Shown in pieces: positions 49,153 through 63,088 of a stretch of 64,000 bases of DNA. The notes beneath the pieces were generated by a model that saw only the letters and a list, made by a program, of their open reading frames with translations, was not told the origin of the DNA and did not search any database. This DNA is from Eledone cirrhosa. Lineage: Eukaryota. The DNA lies in assembly GCA_964016885.1 (NCBI GenBank), contig OZ024742.1, positions 296,856,001 to 296,920,000 on the forward strand, given 5' to 3'. Position 1 is the first letter of the stretch; each line of letters begins with the position of its first letter. A program made the translations under genes and the position numbers.

Positions 49153-51929
49153 TCATCATCATCACCGTTTTACGTCCGTTCTTCCACGCTAGCATGGGTT
49201 AGACGGGTTGTCCTGTTGTGGGCAGTGTCTGGTCGGCTGACCATGCCTTGCTCATACAGGAACTGATCTGGCTTGATTTCTACAGCTGGATGCCCTTCCT
49301 AACACCAACCTCATTTACAGTGAGTGCTGGGTGCTTTTTTGTGGCGCCTACACGTCCACTTTACAGTGTGGGCTGGGTGCTTTTTTGCCGTGGCACCTCC
49401 ACGACCACCTTGCGGTGGGGGGAGTGGGGGCATATTGTTTATATGCTTCAGCATGTACCCATGGGAGGTCGGGTACCCTGTATTACTGCATGATGCCAGA
49501 AGTCACGGTCGTGTGTCATTGTCTTTGAGAGGTGTAGTTGGGTAAGGTCGGCTTTTATCACCTCATCCCAAGTCATCTTGGGTCTCCCCACTCCGCGGTT
49601 TCCATCAACTTCTAGTGCTCTGCACCTTTTTATGCAGCTGTCATCCTTCATACGCATCACATGTCCATAACAGCGTAACCGCCTCTCCTGCACGCAGCAT
49701 TTGATTCCTCTTATGCTCAGTCTCTCTCTCAATTCCTTTATGCTTTGTCGTTCACGTATATTACTGTTACACATCCATCGGAGCATGCAGGCTTCGTTTC
49801 TCTCTAATCTACGTAAGTCTTCCACCTTCAGCGCCCAGGTCTCACTACCATGCAACATCGCTGTTCGGATACACGCATCATACAGTCTGCCTTTCATTCT
49901 GAGGGAGAAGCCTTTTGCAGCTAGCAGTGGTAGTAGTTTCCTAAACTTCTTCCATCCCGTTCTTATCCTAGTTATTGTACTTTCTGAGCACCCACCTCCG
50001 TTGCTAATTCGGTCACCTAGGTAGCAGAAGCTGTCTACTGTTTCTACAGGGCCCTCCCAGAGATTGGTGGTACTTGTTTCCTGTGGCTGTTTGCTTACTG
50101 TTTCAGCACAGCTGCTGCATGTGAATCCTACATTCTTAATTAAGCTTCCTGAGATCCCGCTACATCTCTTGTGTACCCATTGCTTGCATTTGGGGCAGAG
50201 TATGGAGTTCCTACCTACACCTTTCCTACATACTGAGCAAGGCCATTTCCCTGAGGGGATCTGGGTTCTGTTTTCTCGTCTACTTACAAGGACCTTAGTC
50301 TTTGTCATGTTGACTTTGAGGCCCTTTCTCTCTAGTCCCTGCTTCCAGGTTTGGAATTTATTCTCTAGTTCTACCATAGATTCAGCTATGAGTGCGAGGT
50401 CATCAGCATACAGGAGTTCCCATGGGCATCCGGTCTTAAACTCCTCCGTTATTGCCTGCAGGACTATGATGAACAGGAGAGGGCTAAGAACAGAGCCCTG
50501 GTGGACCCCAACCTGTACGCTAAATTCCTCGCTATACTCATTGCTAATCCTAACTTTTCTGACTGCTCCCCTATACATGGCTTGTACCGCTTTCACAAGC
50601 CATTCATCTACTCCTAGTTTTCTAAGAGCCCACCAGATTACTGCACGTGGAACTCTGTCAAAGGCTTTCTCAAGGTTGACAAATGCCAAGTAGAGTGGCT
50701 TACTTTTAGCTAGGTACTTTTCCTGTAATTGCCTCACAAGGAAGAGGGCATCAGTGGTGCCTCTCCCTGGTACAAACCCAAATTGCATCTCGTCTATATT
50801 CACCCGGTCCCTAATCAGCTGTGCTATAACTCTTTCTGTTACTTTCATGACCTGGTCCATCAACTTTATACCTCTATAGTTTCCTCTATCTAGTGCATCG
50901 CCTTTACCTTTGTAGCAGTTGACAATGATGCTACTGCACCAATCTTTTGGTATGGCCCCCTCTAGTATTACCTGGTTAACGATACGTGTGGTTATAGTGT
51001 GACCTACAGACCCAGATGCCTTCAGCATCTCGGCAGCTATACCTGATGGACCGGTTGCCTTCCCTATCTTCATATCTCTGATTGCCTTACTTACTACGCT
51101 GCCGCTGACTTGTACTGCTGGTCCCTCTATAGGGTCTACGTGGGGTAGGGTCTCTTCTTCCCATGCATTCTCCTCATTTAGTAATCTATCATAATGACTC
51201 TTCCATGCATCTTTCTTCTCAGCACTTGTGAGGGCAAGCTCACCTTTATCATTCTGGATACACTTCTCTCCAATGACATCACAACTATCTCTGACACACT
51301 GCTTCGCAATCTTGAATACCTCCTGTTTCTGGTCCTCACGTTGTAAAACATGCTTGAATTTTCTATCCTCTGCTTCCCTCCTAGCTAAGTATACTTGTCG
51401 CCTAACTTCCCTCTTGGTCTCTATGTAATGTACCCTGCTCCCCCCGTTCTTCCATTCTTTCCATGCCTGTCTCTTGGCCTTGACTGCTTCATCTACCTTA
51501 TTGTTCCACCACCAAGTCACTCTCCTCCTGCTTGAGGTCTTACTCCAGCCACAAACCTCATCCGTTGCCTCTAGTAAGTTATTTTTAGGAACTCCCAGTT
51601 CTCTTCTACGTTAAATGTCTCTATCTGTTCTTCTTTACTGTCGTAGGCGTTGAGTAAAATATCTTTAAATCTGTTACTGGTTGAGGGGACTTTCAGCTTC
51701 CAGATCTTTCTTCTCCAGGTTGGCCTCTGTTTCAGGGCTCGTCTAGTTCTGACCGTGAGGTCGCTGACAACTAAACTATGTTGGGATGTACATTCCTCAC
51801 TAGGGAAGGCTTTTGTGTTTACGACCGTCCATCTGTCACGTCCTCTGATGAGGATAAAATCTAACTGACTAGAGTGCTCCCCTGATCTATAGGTGATCAG
51901 GTGGTTGTCGGGTTTTTTAAAGTTTGTGT
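49153..51929 (-). mobile_element. RTE family B, truncated within the endonuclease domain
   Basis: 690-aa open stretch 49448-51520 with YADD and PHD (50108-50239); frameshifted upstream part to NFKKPDNH; 3' UTR and tail. Confidence 0.95.
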
Positions 51930-52473
51930 ATTATTCACAAATGTATATTGGTGAGAAAACCAGGAAACTAGTGCCCCTCGAACAAAGTACTTCATGATAT
52001 TTCTTTTAAACCAATTTTCAGGCACTCCTCTGTCACTTTCACTGGTAGAAATCTGGTAAAACTCTGGTTGGTTCGTTTGAAACGAACAATTCTATTATTT
52101 ACAAATTGTGATGTAAGGATAAGTAAATATAATATATATATATATATATATGCAGGGTCCTATAACTCCTGAGGGAATCATTGGGACACTGTATTGACAT
52201 ACAGCATTTCTTGGGTAATTTTAAACCTGGTGGAGGCCGTGCCTCCTCTCCAGGTCAGAATACAGTAGATTTCTTTCAGAGAAGGATAGAGAGAGTTACA
52301 GAATGGAGGTGAGAAAGATATATATATATACATTAATATCAACAACGAATTATTGTAAATATTTAAATTATTAAAGAATCCATCACCAGTTTAGTCATTC
52401 TTCCCTTTTTTCAAATTTATCTTACTGCACCAAGGAATTCCCTTTATTTTCTACAATTCACATATATATATAT

Positions 52474-55400
52474 CATCATCATCATCATCATCATCAACGT
52501 TTAACGTCCGTGTTCCACGCTTGCATGGGTTTGGACGGGGGTATTCCCACTTGAGGCAAGAGTGATTGTCTTGTTCGCATAGGACTGTCTGGCAGGTTTT
52601 CTACAGTTGGATGCCCTTCCTAACACCAACCACATTTACAGTGTGGGACTGGGAGGTTTTTACCGTGTTGCCTACACGGCCACATTACAGCGTGGACTGT
52701 GTGTTTTTTTATCGTGACACCTACACGATCTCATTTGTTTCGGCCTGGATGTTGTGGCACCAACATAACTTTACATAGGAGGGGGTGGTGTAGATGGTGG
52801 TGGTGGGACGGGGTTGTTAGAGATGCCTACTGGCTGTAGTAGGTTTTACTATGTATTTAGGTAAGGCGGGTCTTCTCTATTACTGAGTACCGCCAAAGGT
52901 CTCGGTCCAGTGACATTGTCTTGGAGAGGTGTAAGTGTGTGAGGTCGGAGTTTATCAGCTCGTCCCAGGATTTTCTAGGTCTGCCTATTCCGTGGCTACC
53001 GTCTATCTTTATTGCCCTGCACTTTGTTATACAGCTATCGACTTTCATGCGCATCACGTGTCCGTACCAACGTAGCCTTCTCTCGAGTAAACAACATCTG
53101 ATCCCTCTTATTTCTAATTTTTTCCTTAGTTCGTTTATGCTTTGCCGTTCACGTATATTACTATTACACATCCAGCGGAGCATGCAAGCTTCGTTCCTCT
53201 CTAGTCTGCGTATATCCTCTGCACACAATGCCCAGGTCTCACTGCCATGCAACATTGCTGTTCGTATGCAGGCATCATACAACCTGCCTTTCATTTTTAG
53301 GGAGAACCCTTTAGCGGCTAATAGTGGTATAAGCTCTCTGAACTTTTTCCATCCAGTTCTGACTCTAGCTACTGTACTTTCGGAGCACCCTCCCCCACTG
53401 CTGATTTTGTCACCCAGGTAACAGAAGCTGTCCACTATTTCTATAGAGCCCTCTGAGCAATTGAAAGAGTTAGTATTTTGTGGGCACTCGCTGCTACTTA
53501 TTGCACCAGAGCACCGCCCACATGTAAAATCTAAGTTCTTAGTTAGCTTACCTGTGATCCCACTACATCTTTTCTACACCCATACTTTGCATTTGGGACA
53601 TAAAATGGAGTTTCTACCTACGCCTTTCCTACACTATGAGCATGGCCATTTCCCGGAAGGGACCGCCGCCTTATTTTCTTTCCTACAAACTAGAACTTTA
53701 GTCTTAGCCAGGTTAATTTTAAGGCCTTTTGATTCTAGGCCGTGCTTCCATGTTTGGAATTTCTTCTCTAGCTCGGCCATTGATTCAGCTATGAGTGTCA
53801 GGTCGTCTGCGTATAGGAGTTCCCATGGGCAGCCGGTCTTGAACTCCTCTGTTATAGCCTGAAGGGCAATAATAAATAGTAGGGGGCTGAGAACAGAGCC
53901 CTGATGGACGCCAACTTTTACGCTAAACTCTTCACTATATTCTTTGTTAATTCTAACCTTGCTGACTGTTTCTTTATACATGGCTTGTATAGCTCTCACA
54001 AGCCATTCGTCGACACCTAGTTTTCTAAGGGCCCACCAGATAATGGAACGGGGGACTCTGTCGAAGGCTTTCTCCAAGTCGACAAAAGCTAAGTAGAGGG
54101 GTTTACCTTTAGCTAGGTACTTCTCCTGTAGTTGACGTACAATGAAAAGAGCGTCTGTGGTACTTTTGCCTGACACAAACGCGAAATGCATTTCATCTAG
54201 GTCAATTCTCTCTCTGATTAGTTGCGCTATTACTTTTTCCGTGACCTTCATGACCTGGTCGATTAGTTTAATGCCTCTATAGTTACTCCTATCTAGGGCA
54301 TCTCCTTTACCCTTATAACAGTTAACGATGATGTTGCTATGCCAGTCCTTCGGAACAACCCCATTCTGTACGACTTGGTTAACTATCCGGGTGACCAAGG
54401 TGTGTCCCACCGAGCCAGATGCCTTCAGCATCTCAGCAACTATTTCCGAAGGCCCAGCCGCCTTACCAGTCTTCATATCCTTGATTGCCTTACTTATTAT
54501 ACTACCCTCGACTAACACTGCTGGTCCCTCTATTGGGTCGATGTGGGGGAGACTGTCTTTCTCCCATTTATTCTCCTCATTTAGTAGCCTTTCATAGTGG
54601 CACCTTCCAAGCTACCTTCTTATCAGCGTCGGTGATGGCAAGTACGCCGTCATCATTAAGTACACACTTCTCCCCGACAATATCACGGTTTTCCTTGACA
54701 CATTGCCTAGCAATCCTGAACACCTCACGTTTTTGGTCCTCGCGTTGTAGAACATGCTTGAACTTTCTTTCCTCTGCTTCCCTTCTTGCGAAGTACACTT
54801 CTCTCCTAGCTTCTCTCCTAGCCACTTGATAGTCTTCTCTACTTCCCCCATCCCGCCATACTTTCCAAGCCTGCTTTTTGGCCTTAATTGACCCCTCCAC
54901 CCTACTGTTCCACCACCATGTTACTCTCCTCCTGCCTACAGGCCTGCTCCAGCCACAGACTTCGTCTGTCGCCATCAGCAGGTTTGCTTTCAGAAATTCC
55001 CACTGTCCCTCTATATTGTCCGACTCTAAATGCTCTTCCTTACTGTCGAAAGCATCAAGTAATATGCTTTGAAATTTATTTCTGGCTGTGGGGTCCTTTA
55101 GCTTCCATATTTTTCTCCTGAGGATAGTCCTCTTCTGCTGTCGAGTACGTCTCGTCCTGACTATGAGGTCGCTAATTATCAGTCTATGTTGGGAGGTGCA
55201 TTCTTCATGAGGGAGGGATTTAGTGTTTACAACAGACACTCTGTCACGTCTTCTGGTAAGGATATAATCTACCTGGCTTGTGTGTTCCCCGGATCTATAG
55301 GTGATCAGGTGATTGTCACGTTTTTTGAGGTTAGTGTTACAGATAGTTAGGTTATTTGCGTCACAGAATTCCAGGATTCTAGAGTCTTCCTCATTTCTAG

Positions 55401-56530
55401 TACCAAACCCATAGCCTCCATGGATTTCGTCGTAGCCGTCACAATGTTGTCCAACGTGACCATTTAGGTCGCCTGCGATAATTATATAGTCACTGTCGGT
55501 TATTTGGGAGGTAGTTTAGCATCAGTGTCTCATAGAATCTGTCTTTTATAGTGCCGGGCAGTCCGGATTGGGGTGCGTACGCAGATATTACTGTCACCGT
55601 AGTTCTATTGAGGACAAGTCTTATTTTAATTATTCTGTCGTTCACTCTATTTACGTCTATTATCTTATCTGCCCACTTTTCTGCTACCATGATTCCTACT
55701 CCACCCAGCCCATCGTCGTTTCCCGCCCTGAAAAGCTTATAACATCGTTTTTTTACCCTCAATGAATCTAGCAGACCCACCCCTCCATCTGGTCTCTTGA
55801 ATACAACAAACATCGACCTTCTTACGTTCAAGCATTTCTACAACCTCGTTAGCGCGACCCTTTAAGGTGCCTACATTTATGGTACCAACTCTGAAGCTTT
55901 GGATTGCGTTTGGGGGTTGGGGGCAGTGGGGGGGGGGGGGGCGATGGGGTTATGTTAGCCGTCCGCGGTCGAAACAATGAGGAGTGCTCGCATTCTCGTC
56001 CACGAGGTGAATTTGTCTTTATCTTTGGCATTGTCGCTGAGCGTCCAGATTTTTCTCTCTCTCCTCCACTCTCCAGGATTCCGCAGTCCATCCATCCATC
56101 ATATATCGAAAGGCAACCAGGCAAGCGATAGTATAGGCCTCTGGGTTATGATTGGTCCGCGTAATAATAATAATGGTGATGCGTGGTGGCTCTGGCTTAT
56201 GATTGGTCCACGTAATAGCAATGGCGGTAGGGAGGGAGGGGTGTTGGGTAGCTAGCTAGAAGGTAATGATTGAATGAGGTCCTTGTATTTAACAAGCGAC
56301 TAACAAAAATACAAGATTTGTTCTGTTCAAAACGACAAAAACTCTCGTATCTAACAATTAATGATAACAAAAAATGCAGATTTGTTTTAGCAATAGATTG
56401 GATATTTGGACTGGATGCGAAATAGAAGTGTGGAGGTAGAGATGAAAGAAAAATATGTACATTACGTTACATGATATACACCGTGGAGGGAACAGCAATG
56501 CAATGAAATTTGGCGAAGTGATTTCTATCT

Positions 56531-56567
<37 letters not shown>

Positions 56568-56836
56568 GAGGGGGGGGAGAGAGGTTTGGCCGCATGATGT
56601 AGGTATTGGGGCGGTTGACCGCCATGCCCTCGTGAAGTAGAGGGTGGGGGGGGTCGAGGGCTAGTAGAAGCGGGAGTTTAGAGTTTTCGAAAGAAGGAAA
56701 AGGATTTTGTTTTGTTTTGTAAATACGCTAGAATTAAGGAATTAAGGAATTTATAAGAAGGAGAAGAGATAGGAAAGGATTGAAGGTAATGATTGAATGA
56801 GGTCCTTGTATTTAACAAGCGATTAACAAAAATACA

Positions 56837-56840
<4 letters not shown>
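52474..56840 (-). mobile_element. Full-length RTE family A copy, frameshifted, between (TA)n tracts
   Basis: ORF pieces 55849-56124, 55490-55831, 54592-55239, 53634-54518, 52857-53435 are near-identical to the 40398 ORF; 5' UTR present. Confidence 0.95.
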
Positions 56841-56904
<64 letters not shown>

Positions 56905-57713
56905 GCAGAGCAAAATAAGTGTTTAAATGTTGTTTTCAAGTTATATCTAATCCATCAGTTTCCAATCTGTAATCTACAGGTTCCTGGGAGTTAGCAAAAT
57001 TACTACTGATAGTCTTTTGATTGTTCAATTGACTTGCTTTAACAACCCAATGGTCCATGGGAAAAATTCATATAGATATATAAGGTCCTTGATAGTGAAA
57101 CATTTTCTAACCACTATTGTAACCTCCAATTCATTTTATTTATTTAATATCATTCCTTGTGTGAATAACAGTGTCTTTGTTAACTGGTTACATGATTCCA
57201 GCTGCCCAGTCATTGTCTATTGTGTTTCAAATGGTGTAAGTAACAACAAACTGCTATGTATTATAGAAGCTGGGGCTTTTGGTGTCAAAAGGGTTATACA
57301 TTTATTCAAACTGTAGTAGATATTATAAAATAAAACAGAACCAGTTTATACCTATTATGATCTGGCTCATCATAAAATATAATCATTTGTGGCTTATTTA
57401 GTATTTTCTTTTAAGAGAAAAAGTAATACTTTTCTTTGATTTCTATGTATAGCGCTGTAAAAAGTCTATAAAGACAGAATATTCCAGCGATCAATCGTAT
57501 CTAAAATGATAAAATTAATAAAACAGAAGAAAATAACCAAAACAAAGAATGTATGGCTATATACTCTCCGTTGTGGATTTATCAACGTGTTTTGACTTTA
57601 TTTTAATTCAATTTTCCTTTGATTTCTTAAATTTTCACCTTTAGGATAAAACAAAAATTAATTGAACTGAACATTTCAAAAGAAAACCTCTCTCATTTTC
57701 TCTCTCTCCATCT

Positions 57714-57714
<1 letters not shown>

Positions 57715-57762
<48 letters not shown>

Positions 57763-57787
57763 TATATATATATATACACACACACAC

Positions 57788-57862
<75 letters not shown>

Positions 57863-57887
57863 CACACACACACATATATATATATAT

Positions 57888-57932
<45 letters not shown>

Positions 57933-57945
57933 TATATATATATAT

Positions 57946-57998
<53 letters not shown>
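57715..57998. repeat. Alternating (TA)n(CA)n compound microsatellite
   Basis: Direct inspection. Confidence 0.95.
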
Positions 57999-58000
<2 letters not shown>

Positions 58001-59114
58001 GATATATATGTGTGCGTGTGTGTGTGTGTGTGCTAAACTAAAGCAATTACAGATGGAAGAGTCATTTCAGCCATTTTTTAGTGTGTTCTTTGAATGACTA
58101 AAATGACTCTTTCACGATCATTGCAACTTTATTTTTTCAATGAAATTATATCATCATTATTTGCTTCTTCAATTCTGATAAATAGAAATTAATGGCTGCT
58201 ATTCAAAGTCGGAAATGTGACTGATGTAAAATGAATTCAAAGAGTCAAATATGAAACAGAGATATTACTAGAGTTTGTGTCAGACAGTGTGATGAATAAC
58301 ATTATCACCTGACCCCATCCCACTCTACAGGTCTGCTTTGGTACCAGAACATACAGAATCCTTATTAATGTTGTGTATACTAATATTAGGTATAAATTGA
58401 AAACCCCGTATAACAATGAATGTATTGACATAAACAACTAGTTACATTAAATTTACAAATTCAAATTACTATATCATACAGGCATGTATAGATTCATAAT
58501 TCCTGATGGAATTGAAGGGGTATTTAAATCTGGCAAAGCCTATCACTCTCCAGGTCTGATCTTTCTTCCAGTGAGAGAGTGGGGGGGGGGGGCGAGAGAA
58601 TGAGAGTGGAGTGCAAGAGAGAGAAAAGAGAGCGAGAGAGAGAGAAAGGGGAGAGAAAGAGAGAGAGAGAGGGAGGAGAGCAAGAGAGAGAGAGGAGAGC
58701 AAGAGAGAAAAGAAAAAAGCATAGGGGAAGAATTCATCTCAGTAATGCATTGGTACTTTTTTATCAACATGGATTAGCTGAAAAGCAAAGTTTATCTCTA
58801 TGGGATTTGAAAACAGAACATCATCATCATTAGATGTCAGGTCTGTTCTAGATATCAGTGATCATGTCTTGTCAGTCCTTCCTGATTTTGCTTGGAAATC
58901 TAGCCAGATCAGTTGAAGATGGTTGCTTCTGACTGGACCACTGGAAGGAATCTTTGAAGACTCTGCCCCCAAGACACTCTCAGGAATAAGTAGGCAAAGA
59001 AGAAGATGGAACGAATTTTGTTAAAGAAATTTAATTGAAAATCACAATTATCACTAATTTTCCTAAAGAATACAGATTTAGAAACTATCTGCATTAACTT
59101 TACAGTTAAATAAT

Positions 59115-59292
59115 TGTTTCTACTTTAGGCACAAGGCCAGCAATTACCCAGTGCATTACTGGTACTTTATTTTATCGACCCCGTAAGGATGAAAGGCAAA
59201 GTCAACCTCGGCGGGATTTGAACTCAGATCGTAAAGGGACGTAACTATGCTGGAAAGCATGGCGTCCGACCCTCTACTGATACTGCCAATCC
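59115..59292 (-). mobile_element. Deu/Nin-like SINE, full length
   Basis: Same subfamily as 26017; TSD AAATAAT at 59108-59114 and 59294-59300. Confidence 0.92.
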
Positions 59293-59898
59293 AAAATAAT
59301 AAAGAGCTTTATAAAACCATTAAGCACTCCAGTTATCTCTATAATATCCTAAATTAAATTTATTTAATCAGTTTATAAATATACATATGAGTGTGTGTGT
59401 GTGCATGTGTGAGTTTGTGTGTGTGTGTGTGTGTACATGTGGATGTGAGGGTGTGCCTATGTGTTTGTTGTGTGTGTGAGTGTGTGTGTGTGCATGTGGG
59501 AGTGTATATGTGTGTGTGTGGATGTGAGGGTGTGTTTATGTGTTTGTGTGTGGATGTGCATAAATACGTACATATACATGACAGTCTTCTCCAACCAGGC
59601 ACAAAAATCATTTAGCTATGGTAGACTAAACTATTAATATGAATAATTTTTTGTCATATAAAAATAAGTTTATAGTAAATGGATAAATAATCACGTGAAT
59701 TAAACTTATTTTACCGAATGACAGTTAATTATAATATTCCCTCACCCTTGAGAAATAGATGTGGTCAACTCTGGTGTGAACAGAACTAACACAAACCCGG
59801 CACCAAACTTTGGATATGTATGAGAAATCCTATTCTCATTTGTTATTGTTTTCACAATTTTCCTAATGCTTCAATTAAAATTAATTGTTATATGTATA

Positions 59899-60027
59899 CA
59901 GGGGGCTGCAAAAGTTGGTATACAGTAAGGATTATACAAGTATTACCAGATTTTTTTAATCAATAGAATACGTTTTGTGTGCACGTTTTGGTTTTCATTA
60001 CTGTATAATTACTTTTGTGGCCTCCTG
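59899..60027. mobile_element. Tc1/mariner-type MITE
   Basis: TA-CAGGGGGCTGCAAAAGTTGGTATACAGTAA ... TTACTGTATAATTACTTTTGTGGCCTCCTG-TA; ~30-bp imperfect TIRs and TA TSD. Confidence 0.8.
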
Positions 60028-60639
60028 TATATAAATATATAGCAGAAATTTTAGTGGTTATGAGATTATTTGTTGTGGTTGAAGAGCTAATGAAATGTTG
60101 TTCGATGTTTTGTTTTGAATCATGATTTGAAGCAAACCAACAAAGAAAATCAAACTGCAAATTGTGATGTTTTTATTTGTTTCATATATACATGTAGTGC
60201 AAAATTCAACACAATCAGAATACATGCAAAAGAGTGTTTCATCATCCAATTGATAGATGTTATGTTTACCGATAAAAGCATTGCGTTGCAATATATGGAA
60301 TTTGTGAGTAAATATGTGAATGTAAAAACATTAGTTGAGATAAGATATTGCCTCATGCACAGCAGATTTATTGGCCCGGATATAGCAATCCCTTAAAGAT
60401 AAGCAACTGCTACAACAGGGTAAGGGCTGTCAGCTGTATGAGAGACCAGGTTGATTTGGCTTAACTACCCTGGGGTTTCATAAGAAATATTTGTGGCTAA
60501 CATGTTATAGCTATTTTTAGTGATTTGCATTTCAAATCCACAAACATTAATTTTACAACACGCACACAAACACACACACACACATATATGTATGGGAAAA
60601 GTAAATGTAACACAACACAGGAGAACGATACAGTACAAT

Positions 60640-61350
60640 GGAAAGATGTGTTAGTATAATGCTTGATACACTAGAAAAAGTGTCTTAATGTCCTTCATCA
60701 GAGATAGAAGAAGAAATAGAAAGATAGATGAGATTAAGGAAAGAAAAAAAATAGAAAAAAAACGTTTACAGAAGGAAAGTTTGCATTTGTTTAGTCAACC
60801 ATTTTGAGGAAGTGCAAATCAGAATGTATTTTAGATATAAGAGATTGTTTTAAATGGAGATAACCCTTGTGTATTTTGAGTTAATGTGCGCATTGAAGTG
60901 TGTGTGTTTGCATGTGTATGTGTGTACTTGTGTGTGCATGTGTGCAAATGTGTGTGTTTGTCTTTGCCACGCTGTGAGGAAATGAAGATTTGGGTTGCAT
61001 CAAATCATGACAAGGCTAGTGTTTGATGTTCGAAGAGTTGAGGTGTAAGTGTACATGCCTGCATGAACCGACCATCACAGGGAAGGATAATGGATGACCA
61101 GTTGGGTAGGTGTGAAGACGTACATATATACACTCACTCATGTGAGTGGCATTCACCAATATAGAAGTGATCTTAAAGTGTTGCAGGGAGGGAATGAAAG
61201 GCGATGACAACATGGGTGTGGTTGTAAGAGATACTGCAAAGCATCACATCTGTCACTATGATATTACAACTGCCAAACTACAGAGTGTGAAGTCGCTGCA
61301 CAATGTGGAGGAAGATCGAACTGGGATGTGTTGGTGGTGGAATGTGTGAA
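60640..61350 (-). mobile_element. Possible decayed Penelope-like remnant
   Basis: Minus-strand VIAF..NTLRSLL and FPCDGR..AC-like pieces; CTGATGAAGGAC near 60700 without an intact GAAA. Confidence 0.35.
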
Positions 61351-61781
61351 ATAAATGTTAGGAAGTATTTATCTAAGGAAATAAATAACTAACATTTGAA
61401 GAGAAATACAAAATACATTTTAGATGTTATTTTCTAATATATGTAAGGTTTCAGAAATAGTCATCATTATCTAATTAGTTTTGCACTATCTATTTTTGCT
61501 CTGAGTAGTTTTTCAAAGTTTCATTTTGATTTGTGTTGGATATCTTTATTTCTCTCGCAGGTTTCTATATACCATACTATATATCCTTCACATAATTTCT
61601 AAAACTAGGGGCACAGATGGTTATAATTTTATTGGCACTTATGACAAAAAGAAATACAACTTATGACAAGGGATGTAACTCTGGTTTAACTATGAATTAG
61701 ATGCACAGTTTGGTTATAAAATATCTTTCCTTGCTGATATGTTGTTGTTCCAATGTAGTTTGATACATATATATTTGGAGT

Positions 61782-62133
61782 GAAGGCACGTGGCTGAGTG
61801 GTTAGAGAGTTGGATTCGCAATCGTGAGGTTGTGAGTTCGATTCCTGGACTGGGTGATGTGTTATGACCTTCTACCTGGAGATGTGACCAATAGACAGTA
61901 ATTGGAAAGACCAATAGAAACATTGTTTCCTTGGTCCAATTTGACGAAAGTCGATCGACTGTCAATATATAACATGAGCGAAGGTGGTGAGACAGACCTC
62001 AGATCGCTGAAACTCACTGAGGAGATGACGAAGGATCATGACAAGTGGAGAGATGCTGTGCTGAATAGGACCCGTCCCACCCTTGCAAGCAGGGAAAAGC
62101 GGACGTAAAATGAAATGATGAAATGATGATGAT
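61782..62133 (+). mobile_element. tRNA-headed SINE/chimera ending in the RTE family C ORF end and tail
   Basis: TGGCTGAGTGG and GTTCGATTCC boxes; then ETDLRSLKLTEEMTKDHDKWRDAVLNRTR and CCGTCCCACCCTTGCAAGCAGGGAAAAGCGGACG tail. Confidence 0.8.
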
Positions 62134-62145
62134 ATGTGTGTGTGA

Positions 62146-62176
<31 letters not shown>

Positions 62177-63047
62177 TGTATATCTTGCTCTGGAAGAAAT
62201 TCGCTATGGTGATGTATGGGCTCTGCTAGGTGTTTAAAATGACCAAATCATAAATTGTTTTGGCACGGCTTTCCAATGACGCCATTAGATTTTAAGGGTG
62301 CTTTACTAATGTTTATATTGCATATCAATTAAAGGAAATTACTTTCTGAAGAACTAGTCAATGCATTCATATACTCATATAAATGGAATAGACTTCCATC
62401 AGTTTTGGCAATGAGCGTTCACTTGATGGAACGTCTACTCATGAAATTAACTTACCAGGGGCTGATCATTCCACAGAGGTGTGTAATTGTTGTGTAATTC
62501 TCAAGTAGATTCATCATGAAACAATGTGAGGACAAGGCTGACCCTTTCAAATACTGACACAGTCCACCTAACAGGTTTCCGGGCAGCTTCATTTAGCAAT
62601 TTCAATCACAAGGCATTGTTTGCTTGGAGCTATGGTAAATGGCACTTGTCCAAGATGTTATGCAATAGGGTTGAACACAAGACCTAAGGATTACTAATTC
62701 GGCCATACTGTATCCACATGTTTATAATACAGACCTGTATAGATGTTAATTCGCAGCTGCTTCTAATATTTTGCATATTTATTATCTAATTAGAATACAT
62801 CTATGTAAATAAATAGTAATAATGAGAAAAGAGGGGGTTAAATTATTTATGACATAATTAATATTCTCAATAATTTAATGGAAATATCTGGATTCTGCAG
62901 TTATTATTATTAGAATGAACTGATGAAAAACACAAAGAGAACAGCATATTGTTGTTGTTAGATAGGGATATACATGAAGGAAAGAAAATATCTATAAATG
63001 TATTAGTACTGTCTGTTTCAATAATTACACTGATTCATTCTCTCTCT

Positions 63048-63087
<40 letters not shown>

Positions 63088-63088
<1 letters not shown>

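Noticed and set aside
51940-51985. YIGEKTRKL as a GIY-YIG remnant
   Set aside because: Too short and lacks flanking motifs.
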